Positions 36,530-49,810 of a stretch of 64,000 nucleotides of DNA are shown in pieces. Source of the DNA: Camelus dromedarius (Eukaryota); contig NC_087436.1 of the NCBI RefSeq assembly GCF_036321535.1, forward strand, positions 117,988,001 to 118,052,000, read 5' to 3'. The position numbers and the translations under genes are program-made. How positions within the stretch are numbered: position 1 is the stretch's first letter; the number at the start of each line of letters is the position of its first letter. The notes under the pieces were generated by a model. The model saw only the letters and a program-made list of their open reading frames with translations. It made no database searches and was not told the origin of the DNA.

Positions 36530-37150
36530 AACGTCGGTTACCGCCCCCCCCCCCCCGCCCCGCCCAGGGCCGAGGGGGGATTGAATGGTTAATACACTGC
36601 CAGCCCCTGAGACCAGCCAGTGTGTGGTAGAGAGAAAGCATTGTGGGTTTGCTATTATCATTATTAATGTGATTTCCAGCCCCAGAAAACAGTTCCCACC
36701 TCCAATCCCAGCGCACACGCGCACCGGAAGAAGGGGCCCGGGGCGCGGGGACAGGACACCTCCCCCCGGGAGCTGGGCCCGCGCTTCAGCCTGGACCTGG
36801 AGTGCGGGCGGGATGCAGGAGTAAATGGTGCCTCTGTTGCCTTCCCTCCCGGACCGTGAAGCCTGGGGGGCCGGCATCGCAGCGCGGCCCCCGTAACCCA
36901 GGGCCCCCGAAACCCCCGTCGGCCTTCCTGTTCCAGGGACTCCAACTTCTGTGAAGCGAAGGCTTCCTCCCGCGGGAAGCACTTTGAGTGTTTTGGCTCC
37001 ATCCCTCCAGGAAGCCCCGCAGCCAACACACACCCGGGCAGGAAGTGGGCGAGAAGGACTTCAACCCTGGGGGGAGGCATCTCACCTCTGCAGAAACCGT
37101 TTCTGAAACTGGCTGTGCGGCCCCGGTGCTGGCACGGGGAGCCGTGCTAA
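36530..37150. promoter_or_regulatory. CpG-rich orphan patch ~10 kb upstream of CYTL1
   Basis: CpG density, GC boxes, ETS (36723-36730, 37039-37047), RUNX TGTGGT 36623-36628, RBPJ TTCCCAC 36693-36699. Confidence 0.5.
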
Positions 37151-39185
37151 GTGTGACCTACTATTTTTTTTCTTTTTTCTTTGAATGGTTCCTTTTTTCC
37201 CTCATGAAGAGGCCCTAGTTTCTGAGAGGGAGGGAGGCTGGCTTATGGCACAGAAGAAGGAAGGTAAGGAAGGCACGGACGTGTCCTGAGCACGTAGGGT
37301 TGCTGCTCTCAGTACTTTCTGAGCAAACAACCCCCCTGAGAGATGGGTATAAATCCTCATTTTAACTTGAGGCTCTTAGGTTCAAAGGGGCCACGTCTTG
37401 CCAAAATTACACTGCTGGTAATTGATGGTCCGGGTCCCAGAGTTGATGGTATGAATATGTCTCTAAAGCATCTTTGTCGCTGGGGGTCTCCAAACACGCC
37501 AACCCTCACATGGACTATGTTTACTTATCACATATTTTCAGGGTATTTTGCAAATTGAGTGGAATTCACTGATGCACAGGAGATGCGGGGCCCTAAAAAA
37601 ATTATAGAATTATACCCTTGAAACATTTCGGAACAAAGAAGAAAAGGCAAAAAGGCAGAGGAAGGAATATCATCTACATTTCCAGACAGGTCACGCCAAT
37701 TTCACGCTGCCACATAGTTCTTCCTAATTCTGTCTCAACTCTGGGGAGGGCTAGGCTCTTATTATTTGCTTATTCATTGGTTCAGCAGAGATTTCAGTAG
37801 CAATTGGGTCTCTGACAACTGCACAATTCGTCTTTTGAAAAATGAACCAGAAGAGGTATGGAAATTCATCAAGCCTTTCCCACTGAATACACTGTAACAA
37901 TAACCTCTTATACGCGGGCATCACTTACAAACCACATGCCTCAAATGTGTCATTTTCCCTCTGATGCCTGGGCTTCTGACCATGCTGTTCCCCTGCCTAC
38001 AACACCATTCCCTGCTCTGAGCACTACTGCAATCAGGCTCAGGCTACCAGGCATCCCGGACTGTCTGTTCCCTAACAAGGCATTTTCTGACCCCAGGCAG
38101 GATGAGCCACCTGCTGTGTTCTCTTTGCTGAATTCTGCTCACCTGTCCCGACATTAGGCAAGATCTTTGCTTGTTGACTGTTCTTCTTTCCTGTACACCT
38201 TCTGCGTTGCTCACAGCTGGCTCCTGAGCTCGCAGGGCAGCGACTGACTCCAGAAATATTCTACATGCTCCCTTCCTTCTCTGTATTTGGTGAATGAATG
38301 GCAGATCGAATGGATTTCATCAGTAGCTTCTGTAAGCGCCACACTCCTGCAGGACTTCCGGCTACAGCCTTCTCATCTTCGCTACTGATGTCCCGAAGCG
38401 AAGGTTTCTGCCTGATGTTTTGTCAAAATCAATCTACGCACTTAGACACAACTTTGCCTGTTGGGAACGTGTCACATGTTTTCCAGAGGAATCTTCATAT
38501 TTTCCTGCTTGACCTATTGTTCAAAAATAAGCAAAATAAAACTATCCTTACATCTTTACGTTCATTTGGCTGATTCTTGGTCTCAGCCCTGGAGTAAACT
38601 TGTCAGTTAGGTTGAGGGGCACCCTGGGTCCTTCTTCAGGCTCCATCAACAGACCTGGGTTCAAGGTGCATTTTCCTGGCAGCTTTGTCACAGAAGTCCT
38701 GCACGTGTCAGTAGCAAGAGTCTTCATGGACTTTTTCCCAGCTGACGCCTGCTTTTCCCCCCACTGGTGATCAGTGACTTCCTTCGAATGGTGATGAAAA
38801 TGCTTTTTCATAATTAGATGTAACCCTGGTTCCAGGGTCCCACAGATATCTGGAAACCTCTGCCCTGATTTGCAGATCCCACTGCAGTGGGTGGATTTTA
38901 GCTCATGGCTGAGCATCCGAAGTTTGCAGCCCGACAGCCACTGCTGGATGTGCTTGGCTCCAACTCTCACCAGCTGTGGCATTTCAGAACCATGCATCTT
39001 CACATCGCCATTAAATTGTGTGCATCACACATCTTTCCTTCTTTATTTGTGGCACCTAGCAGTGACCATTTCAGAGGAAATCTCAATATAGTTTGATCAA
39101 AGAAATGAGTAGATGAATCTGTGTCTGAGCCTTACTGTTGAAAATGTCAAAAACGAAAAAGTAATCTTTACAAGAATGGTTAAAA

Positions 39186-39963
39186 CTGGAAAGGTGATAA
39201 CTACCATGAATTCCAAATAGAATAAACACAAAATTGTAAAAGAAAACATCAAAATCATTAAGAGTGGGAGAGGGAAGCAAGGAAAGCCACTGTGGAAAAC
39301 AGTATGGAGATTCCTCAAAAGACTAGGAATAGACTTAACTATATGACCCAGGAATCCCGCTCCTGGACATATATCCAGAAGGAACCCTACTTCAAAAAGA
39401 CACCTGCACTCCAGTGTACATAGCAGCAGTATTTACAATAGCCAAGACATGGAAACAGCCTAAATGTCCATCAACAGATGACTGAATAAAGAAGATGTAT
39501 TATATTTATACAATGGAATACTATTCAGCCACAAAAACTGACAACATAACTCCATTTGCAGCAACATGGATGTTCTTGGAGAATGTCACTCTAAGTGAAG
39601 TAAGCCAGAAAGAGAAAGAAAAATACCATATGAGATCGCTTATATGAGGAATCTAAAAACAAACAAACAAACAAACAAATAAATACAAAACAGAAACGGA
39701 CTCATAGACATAGAATACAAACTTGTGGTTGCCAAGGGGGCAGAGGGTGGGAAGAGACAGATTGGGATTTTAAAATGCAGACTAGATAAACAAGAGTATA
39801 CTGTATAGCACAGGGAAATATATACAAGATCTGTGGTAGCTCATAGCGAAAAAAATGTGACAGTGAATATATATGTGTTCATGTATAACTGAAAAATTGT
39901 GCTCTACATTAGAATTTGACACAACATTGTAAAATGACTATTACTGAATAAAAAATGTAAAAA
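39186..39963 (+). mobile_element. LINE-1 3' fragment with an atypical 5' segment
   Basis: gccactgtggaaaacagtatggagattcctc... to AATAAA/A-tail; TSD aatggttaaaa 39175-39185 / 39964-39974. Confidence 0.9.
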
Positions 39964-42792
39964 AATGGTTAAAATGAGTGAGTATAACATGCTTATGATA
40001 CAAATTGGCATATAGTAATTGCTCAATAAATGGGTAAATGGTGAATTATGTTCTTGGTCTTTGTGGAGACTGGAGGAGGGATTGGCATGTCATGCAGACA
40101 GGAGGAAGGAGTTATAAAAAGGGAGACAATATATTTCACAATGTTTCCTTCCCCACTATTTTGGGTGACCCCCTTCCAGGTACGTGGTGCCTGACCTAGG
40201 ATGTCCTAAGGGCTGCAGGAGGGTGGGAAAGGAGCTCATCACTTTGTCGGGGGGGCCAGGAAGAAGGGGGCATTTCCACATGAGGAGATGGCTGAACTGA
40301 GCCCTGAACTGAGGCTGTATGGGGCGGGGAGCCAGGTAGGAAAGAGAGGCTGGGCATTCCCAGCAAAATTTCTGTGAGCTAAAGTATCTTTGAGAAATTA
40401 AAATATATTTGCATTAGACACATAAATTAAAGTGATTGTAAAATTTTTTTGCATTATTCTTCATGTATATTTTCAAAAAGTTATTTTTCTTTTATAATAT
40501 TCAAAATTATCTTTTAAAGGAAAAGGCAGAATATAAATGATAGTAGAAGCAAAAAAGTTTTTAATACTCTAAACCAATCAAAGTTGATTTATCCCTTTAA
40601 AAATGTAATGAAATCTCATTGACTGTTTTCATGAAATAAAACGACTTTGATTCAAGTGTTCGACGTCCACCTAGCTGCAGACATAAAGAATCTGTGTCGC
40701 GCTGCGGACAAGTTACAGCTGGACTTAACACATACCCCAATAAGCACCAGGTGAACACTCACTAAGGCAAAGTGTTCCTAACCCCAAGCATTTCGTGCCA
40801 ATTCCTGGCCGAGTCGTGAGTGCCTCTGGGTCTACGTCTTGGAGCCAAAAGGAGGCAAGAAATGGACACTCAGCCCTGCAGGGAAACAGTGCTCTGTTAT
40901 GCAGGAATCGGCTGCATTCAAGTACCCCAGGGCAGGGATTCCACGTGTTCACTGATTTGCCTTTTCTTGTACCTAAACCCTTTGTCTTCTTGAATCCTTC
41001 TTACTCTTGGAAGCAGTGTCTGTCTTGAACATCAGCAGCGAGTCAGCTTACAAATCTTGGAAGCATGGGCACGCAGCCACGTTTTATTCTTGGGAGATAA
41101 TGCCAGAGATGCCGAGAAGCGTTCCCGGGCTCCTGACCTGTCTTTTCGATTATGGGATGTTCTGTGCCACCTCCCAGGGAACAGAGCCCCCATGGGCTCT
41201 AACACATTGCAGGTGTTTTTATGATCTCCCAGGTCCTTAAAAAGAGAAGAGCAGACGAGCTCCTCATGCCTTGGTCCAAGGGGCATACACTCTTCTATCA
41301 GATTCTGATGGTGGGCAGTTACCGCATCCTAGATCAGCTGATTTCAGTTTGAGTTTAAGGGCAATTTCACTTCTTTAGAGTACTTGTCACTTCCTGAAAT
41401 ATTTTGTTGTCCAAAAACAAACAAAAAAGCTTACTTTCTTGTTTATCTTTCTTCTTAGAATGTAAACTCCACAAATGGAGATTTTTTTCTTCATTTTCTT
41501 CCGTGCCTTGAGCAGCATGTAGTCAGAGCTTGAAGGATACATAGTGAATGATTGCAAAACTGACACAGGGTCCTCGACTGCTCCACCGCGTGCCACTGTG
41601 TGGGGGCCACTCAGGACCCGCGTGGAGCCTGGCAAAGCAGAGGACAATTGATCCTAAAATAGACTGATCTGGGGCGTCTGCCCCTCATTCTGCGGTGCGC
41701 GGAGCAGTAAACAAAACCCCAGCGCTGGAGCTTAATTAGGCTGCCGAACACAGAGCTGGCAGTGGCCCTGGGGTCCCCTTTCCTGGGTGGGGCTGCACTT
41801 TCTCTCCACTTCCCATGACCAGAGGGACTTCTACCTCCAATGGCCAACTTCAAGGCACCCAGGTGCTGGGCAGCCAGCGTTCCTGGACAACTGTAAGAGC
41901 GGACACCAAAATCCAGGTTGGTACCCAAAGTGTTAAATTATTCCTCCATTTGTAAGGTTCCCATTTTGATTGTCCCCGCACAGAAGGACAGCAACAGGGG
42001 GCAGGGTCCCTCCACTGGATGGTAGACCCAGTCTGGGCATCCAGCAGAGTACCCTGGCCCAGCACACCTCTCCAAGAGAGGGTGGGAGGATGTCACCCCT
42101 CCTGCCAACCTTGGCCTTGTGAGATTTGCTTTCTCCCATAAAGCTGATTGCTTCATCCAAATCGCACAGCTTTGTAGCGTTTCATTAGAAACCAGGTGTA
42201 GGGCATTCATGATCTCCGTGGTATAATAATCTGTCCATCATTAACCTCCACCAACTCTCTTCTCTGCTGTCTGGAGAATTTAAAAAGAAAATGCTCTTCA
42301 AGAACTTATGCTCATGGGGAGACACTATGTAAAGCTACACATTCTAGATAGAATGATAAATTCTATAACATAGGAATGAACACATTTTGAGGGAAGCATG
42401 AGATAAGGATGAACTCTGCCCAGGGCAACCAGAGAGGGCTTCCCAGAGGAGGTGATACTTGAGTGTATCACCATGGACACTTCTCTTCCCCAGTTTACTT
42501 CCTTATTCCCCTGTGAGTGTTTTCTGAGGTCACCTCCCCAATATAATTTTGTGTTCACATCCTCTTTTGGAGATTGCTTCTGGGGGCCCCAGCCTAAGAT
42601 TTACGATTTCTTAAACACCAGATTTACATCATGACCTGCCTATGTCCACCCTCCCAAACTGTGCTCCAGGAATTCCAGTTTGCCGAACACTAGGGTGGGT
42701 TGATCGCTGAAACCCTTCCTGCTCCAGCATCCCAGGCTAATTCTTCACTGTGCGAGGCAGGTGGGACAGGGCTGGGTGAAGGGCACGGACTT

Positions 42793-43242
42793 TTTTTTTT
42801 TTTTTTTAAATATATTGAACTTTGTTTAATTTGTCTTTGATTCATTCAGCACATTACCAATTTCACTTTCTCTCTACAAGACAGCACACACTGCTTTTTG
42901 TTTTTACATTCACTCATGCAGTATTTATTCTTCCACATTTCTAAGCATCTGTTATGTGACAACCACTGTGAAATTACCAGGGACCCAATTTTTCTTCTTT
43001 GGAAGAAGCTTTCAGTCTAGTGGAGGAGTCTATAACATTTCCTAAAAGCTACTTTTTTTTAGAATAATTTACTGATATGAGAAAATTACTTCTTTTTTCT
43101 TATTAAAAATAAATTGTAGATAAACCCTACTTATGCTGATTTCTGTGTAATTATAGTGGGTAGGATAGAAGAGTTTTCTATATAACTGTACCCATTTAAA
43201 TATCCTCTCTAGGTTTTAGCCTAGAGTAACTTGGATTCAAAG
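42793..43242 (-). pseudogene. Retroposed poly(A)-tailed non-coding insert (3'UTR retrocopy fragment or orphan L1 transduction)
   Basis: 17-T tract, ATTAAA 17 nt from the tail, TSD gaagggcacggactt / gaaggacatggactt, interrupts a MIR. Confidence 0.7.
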
Positions 43243-43327
43243 GAAGGACATGGACTTCAAAGTAAAGCAGATATGTGTTCAAGCTCAGTCTACCCATCTG
43301 ACTAGTTTGTGTGATTTTGGATGGCAT

Positions 43328-43772
43328 GTCCATTTCCTGCAATTGCCTTAAAAGTACCACAAATTAGGTGGCTTAAAACAACAGGGTCTTATTTCTCACA
43401 GCTCTGGAGACCAGAAGTCTAAAGCGAGGTATCAGCAGAGAGGCTTCTTCTGGGAGGTTCCTAGGGGAGAACCTGCTCTATGCGTCTCTTGGCTGCTGGG
43501 GTTGCTGGCCATCCTCGGTCTTCCTTGACTTGGAGAGGCATCACCCAGTCTCTGCCTCTGTCATCACGTGGCATTCTCCCTGTGTGTCTTCCGTCCAAAT
43601 TCCCCTCCTCTTGTAAGAACAGTCCTTGGATTCAGCCCATCCTAATCCAGTATGACCTCAGTTCAACGTGATGACAGCAGTAAGGACCCTATGTCCAAAC
43701 ACGGTCACATTCACAGATTGCATGTGTTAGGACGTGAATATACCCTTTTGGAGGACACAGTGCCACCCATCA
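43328..43772 (-). mobile_element. MaLR LTR (MLT1-type) inserted in a MIR
   Basis: aagtaccacaaattaggtggcttaaaacaacag...ctcacagctctggagaccagaagtc...ggtcacattcacag. Confidence 0.85.
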
Positions 43773-44844
43773 AGGTGAGCTGCCTGTCCTCTCCGGATTC
43801 ACTGTCCCGTTTGGTAAAATAGGGATGAAAATAAGGCCGTTAAGAGGATTAAATGCTAAAATACGCATCAAATGCTTAAAGCGCGCCCTGGCACGTAGTA
43901 TGCCCTTAGTACACGGTGGCTGGGATCCTGTGAGTGGGGTGATCAGGCAGCGAGGCCAGAGCCCTGGGTCTACCAGGTGACCATGGGTATTTCTAAGGCT
44001 TCATGATAAACGAGCTGTTGTTTATGGAGATGGAAGCTCAGGTGGTGTCACATAGACGTGTGGCTCAGAGGAACGTCCTCGTCAACAAAGGGAAAGCTGG
44101 AGGTTTTCCTAATTTTAACTGGAAAATGGGGCCCAGAAGGGAAGACCTGGAGCTTCCCACGTATTCTCAAGGTTCTCCTAGGGAGAAGGCATGGGATTTG
44201 GATCACAGAGGTCAGGATCTGGGTCTTCATCCCAGCGTTTACCAGCTCTGTGTTTTTTGGGCTGGTAACACCTCTGAGCCCTGATTTCTTCCCTTCCTGC
44301 TTCCTCCCTCCCACACCTGTGCTCTTCTTCTCATTAGCCTCATTGTCTGTACCTTATCATCACCAATACGTTATTACTCTATTTACTTTAAGCAAAAAGT
44401 CATTTTCCAGATCAATGAAGAATGAGAAAAATAAAGATTTTACTCTTCATGTGCTCCTTCTCTTATTCCCTTCCCTCTTTTGCATACGCCCAAGTTTCCG
44501 ACCTGTGTATTTTCCTTCTCCCTGGAAATCTCCTTTCAGCGTATTTTGTGGGGCAGGTCTGATTTTCCCACTGTGTTTGTTTGTCTGAGGCAATCTAATT
44601 GCTCCTTCATTCTGAAGGCTAATTTCACCACCCATAGAAGTCTAGGCTGATGAGGGTAGGAAGGCAGAAAGACAAGAACAAAGTGGCGGCTGTTACCGCA
44701 ATAATCTACCTACTTAATCCACTCATGGTCTGTGCCTTGCTCACCATAGGATTTGGGGCTTTGCATTGTGGTTTCCCTGCAAATGGACATATGTCATAGT
44801 GGTCATAGTGGTGGCTTCCCATTATCTTTTCAATGGCCTTTTTT

Positions 44845-46274
44845 AAAAAATGAGTTATAGTCAGTTTACAATGTTGTGTCAATTTCTGGTGTAGAGCATA
44901 ATTTTTCAGTCATACATGAATATACATATATTCACTGTCACATTCTTTTACACTGTGAGCTACCACAGATCTTGTTAATATTTCCCTGTGCTATACAGTA
45001 TAATCTTGTTTATCTATTCTATACATACCTGTCAGTATCTACAAATTTCAGACTCCCAGTCTGTCCCTTCCCACCCCACTCCCTGATGGCAACCACAAGT
45101 TTGTATTCTATATCTATGAGTCTGTTTCTGTTTTATATTTAAGTTAATTTGTCTTCTTCTTCTTCTTCTTCTTCTTTTAGATTCCACATATGACTGATAT
45201 CATATGGTATTTTTCTTTCTCTTTCTGGCTTACTTCACTTAGAATGACATTCTCCAGGAGCATCCATGTTGCTGCAAATGGCGTTATATTGTCATTTTTA
45301 TGGCTGAATAGTATTCCATTGTATAAATACACCACATCTTCTTTTTCTGATCATCTGTCAATGGACATTTAGGCTGTTTCCATGACTTGGCTATTGTAAA
45401 TAGCACTGCTATGAACACTGGGGTGCAGGTGTCATTTTGAAGTAGGGTTCCTCCTGGATATATGCCCAGGAGCAGGATTACTGGGTCATATGGTAAGTCT
45501 ATTCCTAGTCTTTTGAAGAATCTTCATACTGTTTTCCACAGTGGCTGCACTAAACTGCATTCCCACCAGCAGTGTAGGAGGGTTTCCTTTTCTCCATACC
45601 CTCCCCAGCATTTGTCATTTGTGGACTTTTGAATGATGGCCATTCTGACTGGTGTGAGGTGACACCTCATTGTAGTTTTGATTTGCATTTCTCTGATAAT
45701 TAGTGATATTGAACATTTTTTCATATGCCCATTGATCATTTGTATTTCTTCCTTGGAGAATTGCTTGTTTAGGTCTTCTGCCCATTTTTGGATTGGGTTG
45801 TTTGTTTTCTTCTTAAGTCGTGTGAGCTGCTTATATATTCTAGAGATCAAGCTTTTGTCGGTTTCATCTTTTGCAAAAACCTTCTCCCATTCCATAGGCT
45901 GTCGTTTGTTTTGCTTATGGTTTCCTTTGCTGTGCCAAAGCTTGTAAGTTTAATTAAGTCCCATTTGTTTATTCTGCTTTTATTTCTATTGCTTGGGTAG
46001 ACTGCCCTAGGAGAACATTGCTGAGATGTATGTGAGATAATGTTTTGCCTATATTTTCTTCCAGGAGGTTTATTTTATCTTGTCTTATGTTTAAGTCTTT
46101 GATCCATTTTGAGTTTATTTTTGTGTATGGTGTAAGGGAGTGTTCTAGCTTCACTGATTTGCATGCTGCTGTCCAGTTCTCCCAACACCATTTGCTGAAG
46201 AGACTGTCTTTATTCCATTGTATGTTCTTGCCTCCTTTGTCGAAGATTAGTTGACCAAAAGTTTGTGGGTTCTG
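44845..46274 (-). mobile_element. 5'-truncated LINE-1 (~1.4 kb) inserted in an old LTR
   Basis: ORF2p C-terminal peptides (45524-45895 EWEKVFAK...[16 protein letters not shown]; 45969-46154 [16 protein letters not shown]); TSD aatggcctttttt / aatgtcctttttt. Confidence 0.95.
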
Positions 46275-46289
46275 AATGTCCTTTTTTTT

Positions 46290-46686
46290 TAGGGAAGGAA
46301 ATTTCCACTTTGTGAATCCTGCTTACCTCTGCAATGGAGAACCAGAATTCAATTTTCCCAGCTTCCCTTGTAGCTAGGACAAAGGATGTGACGTAGATCC
46401 CACCAATTAGATGCAACAAAAGAGATTTGGCTTCAGAAGAGAGGACGTGGTGGCAGTATCGCATCTCCTGTCCAGTATCTCCAATGCCAGTGCCTGGAAG
46501 CAATGAGATCGCGCCTGCAGCCTGTTCAGTGTTATCACTTGGTTACTGACTGCGTCATACCCTGTTCAATTCTCTGGGCATCCCAGGGATTGTGTAAGCT
46601 AATGAATATCCTTTAATACTTTCCTTTTGAGCTTATATGACCTAGGGTTTATTCTGCTCTTTGCAACTAAGAATCCTGGTTATGCA
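46290..46686 (+). mobile_element. LTR33-like ERVL LTR remnant
   Basis: attttcccagcttcccttgtagctagg...gtgac...ccaattagatgca ... ttgcaactaagaatcctg. Confidence 0.55.
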
Positions 46687-47310
46687 CTTGTCTATAAGTG
46701 TAACTTTCCCACCTCTAACAACTACCATTCCTGACTATTTCAAAGACTTGTGTCAATATAATAATACATGCTAAAGCTCTCTGAAAGCAGTTAAGGGCAA
46801 TGTTTTATTTCCCACTGAATACCCAGCACTTAGCACTGAGAGCCTAGAATGTAGTAGGTGTTCAATGAATTTTGGCTGAAAAAAATGCTAAAATCATCAC
46901 CATGTACACTAGTAATCATTGTCATCAACATCCTGCTCCTTCTCCCTGCTCTGGATTACAGTTCTGGTCACGTGGATTGGGTCCAGGTGTCTCTGAAGTG
47001 AGAAAATAAACTCCAAAATTGCAGACCAGACCAGAAGGCGTGCTGCTTCCCGATGAGGCATCAAGTGGACCTGAGAAAGCAGGATCAGGTTCTGCCGGCG
47101 ACAATTCACGTATGGACAGAAAAAAAGTAAAGCTCGTGCTGCTGCCATTTTTGAGGCAGAGTTCCAAAATTCCAGCTGACAGTCACAGAAATGCTGTTGT
47201 ATAACTTTATATGAAATACCAAGGCAGGGGTGGCATTTAAACTGCATACTCTCGTTCTCTAGCGAGAGTCTGAACGCATCATGTTGAGGTTGGTATTTTG
47301 ATGGACTAGA

Positions 47311-47531
47311 GCAGAGTCTGTCTTCATTGACACTTTGGACATTTGGGGAAGGATAATTCTTTGTTCTTGGGAGCTGTCCTGTGCCCTGTAGAATGTGTAG
47401 CAGCTTCCGTGCTCTCTACCCACCAGATACCAGAAGCACTGCTTTCTCCTCACCCCAGTCATGACAATTAAAAATGTTTCCAGACATTGCCACATTGCCC
47501 CTGGGTGGGGAGCCCCCTGACCGAGAACTAC
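47311..47531 (-). mobile_element. MER20
   Basis: gctgtcctgtgccctgtagaatgtgtagcagc...aaaaatgtttccagacattgcca...gagaactac. Confidence 0.8.
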
Positions 47532-48544
47532 CAGGCCAGAGTAATAGTTCTCATGCTACCAAACCAGCATCTATTCATGTGGATTGGGCCCTCGGTAAGC
47601 AGCAGACACGCTGTTAGGTACTTAAATTTGAAGTTCATAATAATGCTATAAGATAGGAAAAATGATCTGCATTTTATAAATGAAGAAAAAGGAAATGGCT
47701 TGTTTGAACAGAGTGGCTGAATAGTGAGTGAGTGGTCCCATAGCCGTGGTGGTTCAGACCTCAACTAGCTCTTCGCATTCCCAGGCTGGAACTTTGACTG
47801 TTCTGGACCCCCAGGTTCATTGCTAATCAATCTCAATCACTCTGCAGACGAAGGAAGGGGGCCTAGACGGAGGATGCCTTGAGGACCCTGAGAACTAGCT
47901 CTGACAGGTGAGCTTCCCCGAAGCAAACCAGGAACTCCTGATCCCGTTGAAGTCATTGGAGGTAAAGATAGTTCCCTTCTAGAGACCACGTCCAGGAAGA
48001 CTCTGAACATTCAACGATTAAGACGTGACCACGTTTCAGCCTGTTTCAGCTTCCACTGCACTGCTTTTATTTACCATTGCTCCCTTTTCTTCACTGGCTT
48101 GTGAGGGTTGGCACGTGGGCTTGTCCACCTCTATACCCTCTGGTGCCTGGCACGTAATAAGCACATGGCTGTTGAGTGAATGAATGAATAACTGAAAAGA
48201 GGCAGGAGAGAGGATGAAGGGAAGGAGTGTGTGTTACATCTCTTTGATCCCTCTTAGACCTCCCCTCCCCACCCTTTGTTTGGAGGCCACTTGGCTAAGA
48301 CAGTGCCAGTCACCTCCGTGTTCCCAGGTGACCCTCCGTTCTGAGAAACAGCAGGGTTGAATTTTAGTTTTGTAAGGATACCTGGACGTGCTCTCATCCA
48401 CAGCCAGTCTGGTTCATGAATCACTCCTATAATAATCCTGACATGCCCATTAAACCCATTCATTTGTTCATTCATTCTTTCACTTTGCTGACCATCTATT
48501 AAGTGCCCATTTGTTCTGGATGTAAGGGAGGGTGATGCCCTTGG

Positions 48545-48940
48545 GATACATCCAGTCTGTAGGAGTTAAATAACGGGCTAAACTGCTGAACCAAAGAAAC
48601 TAGGACACCTATGGTGCTTAACTATGATAGCGTATTATCCTCTCTTAATAGTGCAGAGGTGGGCAGGCCGCCATCCAAGGCCAGCAGGGTGTTCTGGGCT
48701 CCTTCTGTCTGGTTTTCCTGTTCCTCCCTAGGATGTCGTCCCCGCCCAAAAGGTGGAAGCTGGCTCACACTCTCCTGCTGGTATCACAGCCTACAGAAGG
48801 GGGAAGGGAGGGTGCAGTCATTATTCACATCATTTCTCAATGCTATTGGCTGGAACTTAGTCACATGGCCATGTCTACCTGCAAAGGAAACTGGGAAATG
48901 GAGTCTTGAGCCCGGGAGCCACGTGCTCAGCTAAAACTGG
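48545..48940 (-). mobile_element. Old MaLR LTR (MLT1)
   Basis: ctattggctggaacttagtcacatggccatgtctacctgcaaaggaaactgggaaatg. Confidence 0.65.
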
Positions 48941-49810
48941 GTGTGTGCATGTTCTGTTTTTAAAAAGAAAGAAGGGGCCAATCAATCCCAAAGATCAAGT
49001 CGTGGCCTTTGCCGCGCAGCCCAGTGCCTCCGTTCCTCTGGGTTACACTTGAGGCCTGGAGAGGGATGAGGCCACGGAAGAGGCAGCGGCAGCAGAACTT
49101 TTAAGGCCTGTTTCCCGCCTCTGCCATACACTTTCCACCTCAATACATGGTGCCTTTTAGTAGATCGTGATTATTACTCCTGCTCCACGTGGCTTCTGCT
49201 TTCTAGGAGAAGGATTTACTCTCCCTGATACGGACCGTTTTACAGACCCGTGGTTGTTAGTCATTTTGTTGGGGTAAGAGATAAACTCCCCACGGAGCTC
49301 TTTAAGGAGCTACAAAAGACTTTAACTCTCTCCCTATAGAAACACTCCAATGTGTGTGCATGTGGGCACGTGTGCGCGCGCACACGAACACCACAAACAC
49401 AAGTTCAAGTCCAGTTTAGAGCACTCACTACGACCACTTTCTTCTGCCCCCAAGCACCCCTGTCAGCCAGGCGGGAACACAGTGTAACACTCTCCGCAGA
49501 TGCTGTGCGAGGCAGCTGCAGAGCCTTCCTCCTGACCCCGCCTGCCCCGTGGCACTGCTGCAAGTCCCTGCAAACGCTCAGTCTAAGGTCACCGTGGAGC
49601 TACTATGCAAGTTGTTTTAATGTAAGAATGAGGAGCTCAGAATTACTGGGCTACCAAGTTCCAAATTATAAAAATGCCTCTGGGGAAATTTTATCATGCC
49701 AAGAAGGGCAGACATACCACAATACTAGCACTTGACGGACATTTATTTTGCGTGAGGGTGTGCACATGCACTCACACACAGACTCTTAATGATCAAAGGT
49801 TACTCTTAAC

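Noticed and set aside
38300..39003. 151-aa ORF and an apparent gtaag...aatag mini-intron on the minus strand (~38515-38552)
   Set aside because: No recognisable homology; a 38-nt intron is too short for the mammalian spliceosome
45524..46254. L1 ORF2-like ORFs as an active element or host gene
   Set aside because: 5'-truncated and frameshifted; no EN/RT core present
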